Assembly: GCA_030704615.1 (NCBI GenBank)
Contig: CM060733.1
Coordinates: 930,001-994,000, forward strand
DNA: 64,000 nucleotides
DNA from: Takakia lepidozioides
Lineage: Eukaryota > Plantae > Bryophyta
Reading direction: 5' to 3'
The position numbers and the translations under genes are program-made. Shown in pieces: positions 28,695-40,759 of the stretch. The notes below the pieces were generated by a model, which did no database searches, was not told where the DNA came from, and saw only the letters and a list, made by a program, of their open reading frames with translations. Within the stretch, counting starts at the first letter, position 1. Each line of letters starts with the position of its first letter.

Positions 28695-28729
<35 letters not shown>

Positions 28730-28939
28730 GTCACTCCCCACAAAAAAACCAAAATCAGAGAGGAGAGAGAGGGGGCAGAAGAGAGGGAGACAAGACCCAC
28801 TAGGGTCATTGTCAATTAAAGACATAAACAGCCCATGACAGGGCACCATCTAACACTTCTTGTCTTGTCATAGCATACCACGTGACGACACCCATTCAGT
28901 CATGATAAAACAGGGTGGAAGGGCGGGGTTTATTCATGT

Positions 28940-29760
28940 TCAAATTCCTGACTGTACCCAAGTGACCCTCTTGCACAATACAAGTCAGATTGTAGCCTCA
29001 GATTATATCATCCATAATTATCCACAAGATATGCATCATGCAAGATATCATGGCATATAAGAATTACTTGCCACATTATAGATCCAAGATATGTATACAC
29101 ATGTACCTTGAAGTGACCCAAGACATGCACCATGCAAGGTTCCATGGTTAGGCCCAGCCCTACTACAGATTCAGGGTATGTACATACAAGCACCTTAAAG
29201 GACCAGCCTGCAATTTACCAGATTTCAAACATGCAACCAAGTAAACTTCTTGGGCATGACAAAACATATTGCAGCTTTGCTCTTTGCCATTTGTAAGTAC
29301 CCCAAGATGTGCATCATGCAAGGCTCCTTGGGTAGGTAAGAATAGTCTGTCCTACTACAGATCCATGATATGTTCATACAAGTACCTTGAATAGCCTGCA
29401 ATTAATTACATTTCAGGCATATAACCAAGTAAACTTCTTGGGCATGACAAACCATATTGCAGCTTCACACTTGACCAATTGTAAGTACCCCAAGACATGC
29501 ATCGTGCAAGGCCTCTTGGGTAGGTAAGAACATCCTGCCATTGTACATGTCATTCAAGACATGTGTACACAAGCATCTTGATGGACCAGCCTGCAGTTTT
29601 ACAGACTCCAAACATGCAACCAAGTGACCCACTTGGGCACGACAAGACAGACTGCAACTTCATTCTATACCATGTACAGTTGCCCCAAGATATGCATCAT
29701 GTAAGGCATTTTGGCATGGAAGAAAGGCCTGCTATGTTACAGCTTTAAGATATGGACACA
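28940..29760. repeat. Degenerate ~190-bp tandem repeat (~4 copies)
   Basis: CAACCAAGTAAACTTCTTGGGCATGACAAA-like anchor at ~29234, ~29422, ~29617. Confidence 0.75.
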
Positions 29761-29889
29761 CATACTCTTTGAGTGCCTGAGACCAAGCCCACTTGGCCAA
29801 AATAATAAATCATACATTGCAGGAGGCTGGTCTGATGGCAAAATAAGGCAAATAAACACTAGCAAAGGTTCAGTAGAGCTTACGCCAGA

Positions 29890-32375
29890 ATTGACAGTCG
29901 CTTGTTTTCAATAATACATAAAAAGCAAGCGACTGCCATAATATGGCGGTCGCTTTATTTTTAAAATATATTAAAAAAACCAGCGAGCACCATAATCGCT
30001 GCATTTTCAGAAATTAAAATTATACAAGCGACCGCCAGTAATGGCCGTCGCTCTATTTTTAAAAAACAAAAACAAAAGCGACCACCAATAATATCGGTCG
30101 CTCTATTTAAAAAAATAAAAAATAAATGCGACCGACATTACTAGAGGTCGCTGCATTTTCCGAAATTAAAAATGTTTTTAATATTTTTAATATTTTTAAT
30201 ATGTTTACTTTTTTATTCTTTTTAAAACAAAACGACCGCCATATTATGGCAGTCGCTGTTTTGTTTTTGTTTTTGTTTTTGTTTTTGTTTCGAATTAAAG
30301 CGACCACCATAATATGGCGGTCGCTTTATTTTTATAATATTTTTAATATTTTTAATATCAGAAAATGCAGCGACCGCCAGTAATGTCGGTCGTATTTATT
30401 TTTTATTTTCTTAAATAGAGCGACCGCCATTATTGGCAGTCGCTTTTGTTTTTGTTTTTTTTTAAATAGAGCGACGGCCATTACTGGCGGTCGCTTGTAT
30501 AATTTTAATTTCTGAAAATGCAACAACCGCCAGTAATGACGATCGATTTTGTTTTTTATTTTCTTAAATAGAGCGAGCGCTATTATTGGTGGTCATTTAA
30601 AAACTAATAATAGACCGACTGCAATTATTGGCGGTCGCTTGAATATTTTTTAATTTCTGAAAATACAGCGACCACCAGTAATGGCAGTCACATTTTTATT
30701 AAAAAAAAATAAAAAAATATCGACCGCCATTATTTGGGTCACTTTTGTTTTTTTTATTTTTAAATAGAGCGACGGCCATTACTGGCGGTCGCTTGTATAT
30801 TTTTAATTTCTGAAAATGCTGCGACCGCCAGTTATTGCAGTCGTTTTTTTTTTTCATTTTTTAAAATAGAGCGACTGCCATTACTGGTGGTCGCTTGTAT
30901 ATTTTTAATTTCTGAAAATGTTGCGACTGCCAGTAATGGCGGTCGTTTTTATTTTTTTGGTATTTTTAATAGAGCGACCATCGTTACTGGTGGTCGTTTT
31001 TATTGTTTAATTTTTTAAATAGAGTAACCGCCAGTAATGGCAGTCGCTTTTTGGTTGTTTTTTTTAAATGTAGCGACCGCTATGGTGGCGGTCGCTTCTA
31101 GAAGGTGTGCCTTACGCGTGGACCAAAGAATGAGAGGGGGGGGGGGGGGAAGGAGGCTCATTCTCCCCTCACTTCCTCTCCACACAAATTATGTGCGACC
31201 GCCATTATTGGCGGTCGCTTTCGTTTTTTATTTATTTATAAATAGAGCGACGGCCATTACTGGCGGTTGCTTGTATATTTTTAATTTCTGAAAATGCTTC
31301 GACCACCAGTTATGGCGGTCGCTTTTATTTTTTATTTTTTTAAATAGAGCGACCGCCATTACTGGTGGTTGCTTGTATATTTTTAATTTCTGAAAATCTT
31401 GCGACTGCCAATAATGGCGGTCACTTTTATTGTTTAATTTTTTAAATAAAGCGACTGCCAGTAATGGCGGTCGCTTTTTTGTTGTTTTTTTTAAATGTAG
31501 CGACCGTGATGGTGGTGGTCGCTTCTAGAAGGGGTGCCTTACGGGTGGACTGAGGAATGAGAGGGGGGGCAGATAAGCCAAGGGAGGCTCATTCTCCCCT
31601 CACTTCCTCTCCACACAAATTATGTGCGACCGCCATTATTGGCGGTCGTTTTTATTTTTTATTTATTTTTAAATAGAACGACGGCCATTACTGGCGGTCG
31701 CTTGTATACTTTTAATTTCTGAAAATGTTGCGACTGCCAGTTATGGCGGTTGCTTTTATTTTTCATTTTTTAAAATAGAGCGACCGCCATTACTGGTGGT
31801 CGCTTAAATATTTTTAATTTTCTGAAAATATTGCTCTTGCCTGTAATGGCGGTAGTTTTTTTTATTTTTTATTTTTTTAATAGAGCGACCGTCATTACTG
31901 GCGGTCGCTTTTTTGTTGTTTTTTTTAAATGTAGCGACTGCCATGGTGGCGGTCGCTTTTAGAAGGTGTGTCTTACGCGTGGACCGAGGAATGAGAGGTG
32001 TGGGGCAAATAAGCCAAGGGAGGCTCATTCTCCTCTCACTTCCTATCCACATAAGTTATGTGCGACCGCCAGTTATGGCAGTCGATTTCATTTTTTTAAA
32101 CCGCCATTACAAGTGGTCGCTTGTATATTTTGAATTTCTGAAAATGTTGCGATTGTCATTAACGGCGATCGCTTTTATTGTTTAATTTTTTAAATAGAAC
32201 GACCGTCATTACTGGCAGTCGCATTTTTGTTGTTTTTTTTTAAATGTAGCAACCGCCATGGTGGTGGTCGCTTCTATAAGGTGTGCCTTACGCGTGGACC
32301 GATGAATGTGGGGGGGGCAGATATGTCGAGGGAGGCTCATTCTCCCCTCACTTCCTCTCCACACAACTTATGTGT
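29890..32375. repeat. Hairpin minisatellite array 1: GCGACCGCCA(GTAA/TTAC)TGGCGGTCGC units with A/T-tract spacers
   Basis: Dozens of palindromic units at ~40-50 bp spacing; higher-order block GAATGAGAGG...GGCTCATTCTCCCCTCACTTCC at ~31128, 31556, 31989, 32304. Confidence 0.92.
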
Positions 32376-32715
32376 GCGTGACATGTAACTATTTCACGAC
32401 AAGCAGTCACGTGGAGAAAGAGGCCATTGGCTGGGGGGGATTTTTTTGCCGCAATTTCCGTGAAGTCGTTGCAGAATGCTCCTATAGCCCCTCCTCTGGC
32501 TTCTAGGAACATTTCATTCTATAAAATTAGCTTTTAATAACTATTATGACACTTATTTAGACTCGTTTCGTGTTAAGGGTTTAGAGTCAATTGTAATTTT
32601 TCGATCGAGATCGCAGTTCCTTAATTCTTAGCCATTTCCACGTTTGCTTCAGTAGTGTTTAACTTTCCGTTACTTATTAGTAAACGTCGTTTAGGGTTGC
32701 TCTGATTGTTACAAA

Positions 32716-33595
32716 ATGGCAGAGGCCGGCCAGGACGATGAGCGTCATGGAAGAGATGACCCTTATGAACATGGACTGCCCCCTAAGAAAATCAAATGAT
32801 CAAGGCATGACTTGAATTGGGAAGTATATGATGACCCTAGCATACTAGCAGAAGAGGGGTGGGAGGATTTTCCGGAAGAGTTCAGGTGGTCGAGCACGAG
32901 ATGCAAAAAATTCGTGAAATGGTGTCACATCAATCAATTATGGCCTAGACCTAGGTATGCGGTGCAAACCAGAAACAATTGCGCAGACTTCAGGTCTTGC
33001 ATGAATTTGCATTTCCAGCATAGGGCGACTGAGGTGCATTGCACGTTGTGGGATGAACCACTCTTAAAGGGCTAAATCTCGTACACCTTAGCAGCCATAT
33101 TGTACGTGGAGGTGATACTGTTGCGTCCAGTGAATTGGCAAACTGCTAGTAGGCGGAACGCAATGATGCAATACCATTTCGTCGATATCCCTAACACGAT
33201 TGGAACACCCCCGGCTACGATACTGGGCGTACGCAAGGCCCCGGTACTCCAGGCTATGATACTAGGCGTGTCTGAGGCACCAGTGCAACAAGTATCTAGA
33301 ACGTTAGAGGATGAACTGGTGGAAACAAAACAGCGAGTCTGAACCCTGCAAGACCTTATGGAATGACAGACTGCGCATAGTCGAGTTGGAGGTACATTGC
33401 AAAACACGCCTTGAAACAATGAAGGCACTGTTCACAATGACGTTCGAACGAACGACGTGGACATATCCGCGGAGTTTACAATGCCAGATCGCAGTATTGA
33501 CCGTATCATTGTCGGAATTACGAACGTCTTTTGACCCTCGTCACGTCGTGAGATTCTGCAAGAAAGTCAACTTTCGTCGCAAAGTAAGCGGATGA
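32716..33595 (+). pseudogene. Intronless cargo ORF of unknown function, disrupted
   Basis: One frame runs from ATG 32716 (MAEAGQDDERHG...) through stops at 32797, 33073 and 33340, then frameshifts into a coiled-coil-like tail. Confidence 0.5.
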
Positions 33596-34149
33596 TGGTC
33601 GGAATTGATCACATGTCATTGGGCCCCTCATTGACCACATGTCATTGGGCCCCTCATTGACCACGAGATCACGGTCCCAGGCTCTCCGTATTGGCAATGC
33701 AAATCATAGCACAACAGCACATCTCTTGTCCCTAGACAGTGACGACGAGGATTCGAATGAGTAGCAACGTAGTACATAGACAATGTGGATTTTTGTTGTA
33801 CCTTGAATTTTTGGAACACACTGATAGCACTCCGCAAATTTTGTATATACACCAATTTTGTTAATACACATGTGCGGTACCTACAAATTTCAATTGCATG
33901 AACAACGTAACGGGTTTTATTCCGGTTTTGCACTCATGTGATGTGGAAGAAGTGGTTCACCCTCAAATTTACAATGGTGTAATATTTGGTCATGACGTGT
34001 ATGTGGATATCTGCAATGAACTCCTTAAGATGGGCAACAAGAAAAATGGATGTTAACCAATAAGAACACTCGTCGTCCTGACAAATTTTGCCTAGTCTCC
34101 TATTTCAAAATCATGTCGAATATTCGATCTACATATGAAGAACATACCC

Positions 34150-37100
34150 ACAAAGTTAACGAAGCACAATATAATTTTGATTGATCTCATATTACTCTGG
34201 GACCTGTCAGATGGTACATTGGACATACTGACCAAGTCTCGAAGCGAACGAAATCATTTGGATAGGCAACCATCCGTTGGCCCATTGGACGAATTTCGTT
34301 TCATCTCACATTACTCTAGGACCTCTTAGATGGTACATTGAGCACACTGGCAAATCTGAAAACTAACCAAAATCGTTCGGATGGGCAACCATCCATTCAG
34401 CCATCGAATGAATTTTGGATTGATCTCATATTAGTCCAGGACCTGTGAGAAGGTGTACCAAACATACTGGCAAAGTTTAAAAATAAACAAAAATGATTTG
34501 GATGGGCAACCATCCGTTCAACCGTTGGATGAATTCCGTTTGATGTGCTATTACTCTTAGACCTGTTGGACGACGTTTCGGGTGCACATGATTTTTTTTT
34601 CATTCCATTTTTTAGTCATATGTCTAATGACGGCATATGCAACGTGCGTGCAAATTTTTATAGCGAACAAAAGTCATTATGATCCAAAATCATAGTTTCT
34701 TCCCTAATTTGCACTCCGAACTTGATTTCTCTTCTACTTCATACACTCTTCATAGAGAGTTCTGCAACAGTGAGCAAAGTGAACACTTAAAAAAAAAAAT
34801 CATTTTTGTTTGATCCAAAATTTTATAGGGATGTAGCGATGGGAAGGTAGAAGCCAGAAAACAAGATTGAGCAAAAAATAAAATCGTTACGTAACAGAAA
34901 ACCCCAATCAAAGACAATGTAAACCTATTTATTTGCTTGAAATTCATTTAAACTCAATTTAATTGAAGATTGGTGGAAGAGCGAGGGCGCGGTTGGGGAG
35001 GCAAATGTTTGTTTCTTCTATTGGTTCTCCGCATATGCGTTACACACATATTCAAGCACATGCGGGCAAAAGATATACCTCAACATTGTCCGTTCAATGG
35101 GTGCATTGGTCTTTCACCCATGACATGATTTTTTTTTCGCAATGAACAAAATTGAATGACACATGAATGCCTCATTGGCCTATTGAATGAATTTTGATTG
35201 ATTTCATATTACTCTGGGACCTGTCAGATGGTACATTGGACAAACTGGCCAAGTCTCGAAGCAAACGAAAATCATTTGGATGTGCAACAATCTGTTGGCC
35301 CATTTGACGAATTTCATTTCATCTCATATTACTCTTGGACCTTTTACATGGTACATTGAGTACACTGGCAAAGTCTGAAAACGAACCAAAATTGTTCGGA
35401 TGGGCAACCATCCGTTCAGCCATCGAATGAATTTTGATTGATCTCATATTAGTGAGAGGGTGTACCGATCGTCTGACAAAGTTTGAAAGCAAACAAAAAT
35501 AATTTGGATGGGCAACCATCCGTTCAACTGTTGGATGAATTCCGTTTGATGTGCTATTACTTTGAGACCTGTTGGACGGCGTTTCGGGTGCACATGATTT
35601 TTTTTTTCATTCCGTTTTTTTAATCATGTGTCTAATGACGGCATATGCAACGTGCGTGCCAAATTTCATAGCGAACAAAAGTCATTAGGACCCAAAACCA
35701 CAGTTTCTTCCCTAATTTGCACTCCAAACTTGATTTTTCTTCTACTTCATACACTTTTCATAGAGAGTTCTGCAATAGCGAGCGAAGTGAACACTTTTAA
35801 AATTTTTCATTTTTGTTTGGTCCAAATTTTTGTAGGGATGTAGCGGTGGTAGGGTTGAAGCCGGAGAACAACATTGAGCAAAAAATAAAACCGTTACGTA
35901 GCAGAAAACCCCAATCAAAGACAATGTAAACCTATTTATTTGTTTGAAATTCATTTAAACATAATTTAATTAAAAATTGGTGGAAGGACGAAGGCGTGGT
36001 TGGGGAGACAAATGTTTGTTGTTTCTCTTGTTTCTCCGCACATATGTTGCATACATATTCAAGCATATGCGGGCAAAAGATGGGCATCAACCTCATCCGT
36101 TCAATGGGTGTGTTGGTCGTTCAACCATGACAGGAATTTTTTTTCGCAAGGAATAAAATTGGATAACATGTGAACGCCTCATTGGTCTGTTGAACAAATT
36201 TAGATTGATTTCATATTACTCTGGGACCTGTTAGATGGTACATTGAACATACTAGCCAAGTCTTGAAGCGAACAAAAATCATCTGGATATGCAACCATCC
36301 GTTGGTCCATTGGACGAATTTCGTTTCATCTTATATTACTCTGGGACCTCTTAGATAGTACATTGAGCACATTGGCAAAGTCTGAAAGCGAACCAAAATC
36401 GTTCGGATGGACAATCATCCGTTCAGCCATTGAATGAATTTTGATTGATCTCATATTTGTGAGGTGTACCGAACATATTGACAAAATTTGAAAGCAAACA
36501 AAATTGATTTGGATGGGCAACCATCCGTTCAACCGTTGGATGAATTTCGTTTGATGTGCTATTACTCTTAGACCTGTTGGACGGCGTTTTGGGTGCACAT
36601 GATTTTTTTTTTCATTCCATTTTTTAGCCATATGTCTAATGACGGCATATGCAACGTGCATGCAAATTTTCATAGTGAACAAAAGTCATTATGACCCAAA
36701 ATCACAGTTTCTTCCCTAATTTGCACTCCGAACTTGATTTCTCTTCTATTTCATACACTCTTCATAGAGAGTTCTGCAATAGTGAGCGAAGTGAACATCT
36801 TTTTTTTTTAAATCATTTTTGTTTGGTCCAAAATTTTGTAGGGATGTAGCGGTGGGAAGGTAGAAGCCATAGAACAAGATTGAGCAAAAAACAAAATCGT
36901 TACGTAGCAGAAACCCCCAATCAAAGACAATGTAAACCTTTTTATTTGCTTGAAATTCATTTAAACTCATTGCAAATTGGTGGAAGGGCGAGAGCGTGGT
37001 TGGGGAGACAAATGTTTGTTGCTTCTCTTGTTTCTCCGCACATGTGTTGCACACATATTCAAGCATATGCGGGCAAAAGATGGGCTTCAACCTCATCCGT

Positions 37101-39005
37101 TCAATGGGTGCATTACTCGTTCACCCACAACATGATTTCTTTATCGCAATGAACAAAATTGAATGACACGTGAATGCCTCATTGGCCCATTGAACGAATT
37201 TCGATTGATCTCGTATTACTCTGGGACCTGTCAGATGGTACATTGGACATACTGACCAAGTCTCGAAGCGAACGAAATCATTTGGATAGGCAACCATCCG
37301 TTGGCCCATTGGACGAATTTCGTTTCATCTCACATTACTTTGGGATCTCTTAGATGGTACATTGAGCACACTGGCAAATCTGAAAACTAACCAAAATTGT
37401 TCGGATGGGCACCCATCCATTCAGCCATCGAATGAATTTTGGATTGATCTCATATTAGTCCAGGACCTGTGAGAAGGTGTACCAAACGTACTGGCAAAGT
37501 TTGAAAGCAAACAAAAATGATTTGGATTGACAACCATCCATTCAACCGTTGGATGAATTTCGTTTGATGTGCTATTACTCTTAGACCTGTTGGACGGCGT
37601 TTTGGTGCACATGATTTTTTTTTCATTCCGTTTTTTTAGCCATATGCCTAATGACGGCATATGCAACGTGCGTGCCAAATTTCATAGCGAACAAAAGTCA
37701 TTAGGACCCAAAACCACATATTTGCACTCCAAACTTGATTTGATTCCTACTTTATGCACTCTTCATAGAGAATTCAGCAATAGAGAGCGAAGAGGACACT
37801 TTTAGAAATTTTCATTTTTGTTTGGTCCAAAGTTTTGCAGGGATGTAGCGGTTGGAGGATTGAGACCAGAGAACAAGATTGAGCCAAAAATAAAACGTTA
37901 CGTAGCAGGAAACCCAATCAAAGACAGTGTAAACCTATTTATTTGCTTGAAATTCATTTAACTCAATTTAATTGCAAATTGGTGGAAGGGCGAGGGCGTG
38001 GTTGGGGAGACAAATGTTTGTTGCTTCTCTTGTTTCTCCGCACATGTGTTACACACATATTCAAGCATATGCGAGCAAAAGATGGGCCTCAACCTCATCC
38101 GTCCAATGGGTGCATTACCCATTCACCCACGACATGATTTCTTTATCGCAATGAACCAAATTGAATGACACGTGAACGCCTCATTGGCCCATTGAACAAA
38201 TTTCGATTGATCTCATATTACTTTGGGACCTGTCAGATGGTACATTGGATATACTGGCCAAGTTTCGAAACGAACGAAAATCATTTGGGTGGGCAACCCT
38301 CCGTTGGCCCATTGGATGAATTTTGTTTCATCTCATATTACTCTAGGACCTCTTAGATGGTACATTGAATACACTTGCAAAGTCTGAAAAGCGAACCAAA
38401 ATCATTTGGATAGGCAACCATCTGTTCAGCCATCGAATGAATTTCGTTCCATCTCATATTAATCCGGGACCTGATACATGGTATGTTGAACACAGTAACA
38501 AAGTTTGAAAACAAACAAAAATGATTTGGATGGTCAACCATTTGACCGCTATTCTTTTTCGCAATGAGCAAAACTTTTATGATAGGTGAACGCGCCGTTG
38601 GCCCATTGAACGAATTTCGTTTCATCTTATATTACTCAGGGACCTATGAGACGGTATACTGAAGACGTTGTGGAAGTTTCGAAGCGAACAAAAATCATTT
38701 GGATGGGCATCCATCCGTTGGCCCATCAAACAAATTTCGTTTCATCTCATATTACACTAGGACCCGTCTTATGGTATGTTGAACATACTGACAAAGTTTG
38801 AAAGCAAACCAAACTCATCTGGATGGGCAACCGTCTGTTGGGCCATTGAACGAATTTCGATTGATGTCATACTCCTACGGAACATGTGAGACGGCGTACC
38901 GAACATACCGGCAAAGTTTGAAAGGAAACAAATATCATTCAGATGGTCAACCATCCGTTGTCCAATCGAATGAATTTCGTTTCATCTCGTATGACTCCTG
39001 GACCT
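34150..39005. repeat. ~1.0-kb tandem repeat (~5 units) built on ~120-bp subrepeats
   Basis: ATTACTCTGGGACCTGTCAGATGGTACATTG-like anchor at ~34190, 35208, 36215, 37215, 38217; recurring GGATGGGCAACCATCCG palindrome. Confidence 0.93.
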
Positions 39006-39010
39006 ATTAG

Positions 39011-39310
39011 GATAAGCCACACGGTGGCAATGGCAATTGGAGATCGAAGGGAGGGCCTTCGCACGCCAGGGCGACACCCCGTGCTACGAAAGGAGAAATA
39101 GGTGCAACAGCACACGGCTGGCAGAAGGCGACCTTTGATGGGGTGTACTTTAATTGCGGGGAGACTAGGCACATGGCCAAAAAGTGCCCGAAACCCCGAC
39201 AGTTGAACATGACAACGGCGACCACGGAGCTTTCCGAAGACTCCATCAACCGCTTGGTGGAGGCAGTGGTCGCCAAGACTTTGCAAGGTAGACGACTACA
39301 CGTGTGAGCT
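39011..39310 (+). pseudogene. Isolated retrotransposon gag fragment with zinc knuckle
   Basis: DKPHGGNGNWRSKGG...FDGVYFNCGETRHMAKKCPKPRQ is a degenerate CCHC knuckle. Confidence 0.6.
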
Positions 39311-39397
39311 GTTCCAGGAGGCAAGAGCATCACGTAGCGGAAGCCGCTTCATGTTCATAAGTAGCAAAATTTTCAGAACTATCGTGTCGTTGTCGTA

Positions 39398-40620
39398 TAG
39401 GCGGTCGATTCATTTTAAAAAACAACAAAAAAGAACGGTCGCTATTGGGCAGTCGCATCATCTTTATAAATACCAAAAAGAGCGACCACCATATGGTGGT
39501 CGTTTCATTTAAAACAAATACCTAAAAGAGCGACCATCGCATTGGCGGTCGCTTCATTTTTAAAAAACAAAAAAGAACGATCGCCATAGGATGGTCGCTT
39601 CACTGTTTAGAAAAAATTAACAGAGCGACCGCCGTAGTGGCAGTCGCTTCATTTTGTAAAAAAATGAAAAAGAGAGAAAAAAAAATTAAAAAAATTAAAA
39701 CTTTAGGAGCGACCGCCGTATTGGCGGTCGGTTCAGGTTTTTTAAAAGCGAAAAAGAACGACCGCCATGGGGCGGTCGCGTCATTTTTTTAAGAAATAAA
39801 AAACTTTAAAAAAAAATTAGTAACAAATTTAAGGAGCGACCGCTGTATTGGCGGTCGCTTCACTTTCTTAAAAAGCGAAGAAGAGCGACAACAGTATGGC
39901 GGTCGCTTCATTTTATTATTTTAAAAAACTTATTTTAATAATTTAATAATTAATTATTGTTTTTAAAAAAACCTTAAAGAAGTGACCGTTGTACTAGCAG
40001 TCGCTTCAGTTTTTAAAAAAGCGAAATAGAGCGACCCCCATATGGCGGTCGCTTCATTTTTAAAATAAATATACGAAAATGAGCGACCACCGTAGTGGCA
40101 AAAAAAAAACGACCACCGTATTGGCGGTTGCTTCATATATATATTCTTAAAAAGAGCGACTGCCGTAATTGCAGTCGCTTCATTTAAATTTCTTAAAAAA
40201 AAGAGCCACTGCTGCTAAATTTAAAAAACCAAAACGAGCGACCGCCATTTGGTGGTCGCTGCATTTAAAAAAAAAAATTAAAGAATCGACGGTTTGGTGG
40301 TCGCTTCATTTTAGTTTCAAAATAAAAATATGCGACAGCCGGCGAATGGCGGTCGTTGCATTTCTTAAATTTTTTTTTAAAATTGCGAGCGACTGCCAAT
40401 CTGGGCGGTCGCTTAATTTTTAAAACTAATAGTTTTCAAGCGACCGCCAATATGGGCGGTCGCTCCATTTAAAACTTCATAAATTACCGGCAACCGCCAA
40501 TATAGGCCGTCGCATAATTTAATAAAATATTAAATTACAAGCAACTGCCAATATGGGTGGTCGCTTGATTTAAAAACTAATAACTTTTAAGCGTCCGTAT
40601 TTTTGGGCGGACGTATGTTT
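39398..40620. repeat. Hairpin minisatellite array 2 (GAGCGACCGCCGTATTGGCGGTCGCTTC variant)
   Basis: Same GCGACCGCC/GGCGGTCGC stems with A-rich spacers. Confidence 0.9.
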
Positions 40621-40759
40621 TAAAATAAATTAATAAATTTTAATAGTTTTAATAAATTACAAAAGATAGAAGTAAATCGTAAAAGTGAAATATTAAAAAA
40701 TTACTTGGGTAAACGTCCGGATTCGACGTGACGTCTGACGTGTCCGGGCCACGTCACGT

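Noticed and set aside
29890-32375. CRISPR-like look of palindromic repeats with spacers
   Set aside because: Spacers are low-complexity A/T tracts that themselves repeat, the repeats are degenerate, there are no cas genes and the context is eukaryotic.
34135-39010. Many short ORFs in the 1-kb array (MVAHPN..., MNFKQINRF...)
   Set aside because: They are by-products of tandem repetition; frames are not preserved between units.
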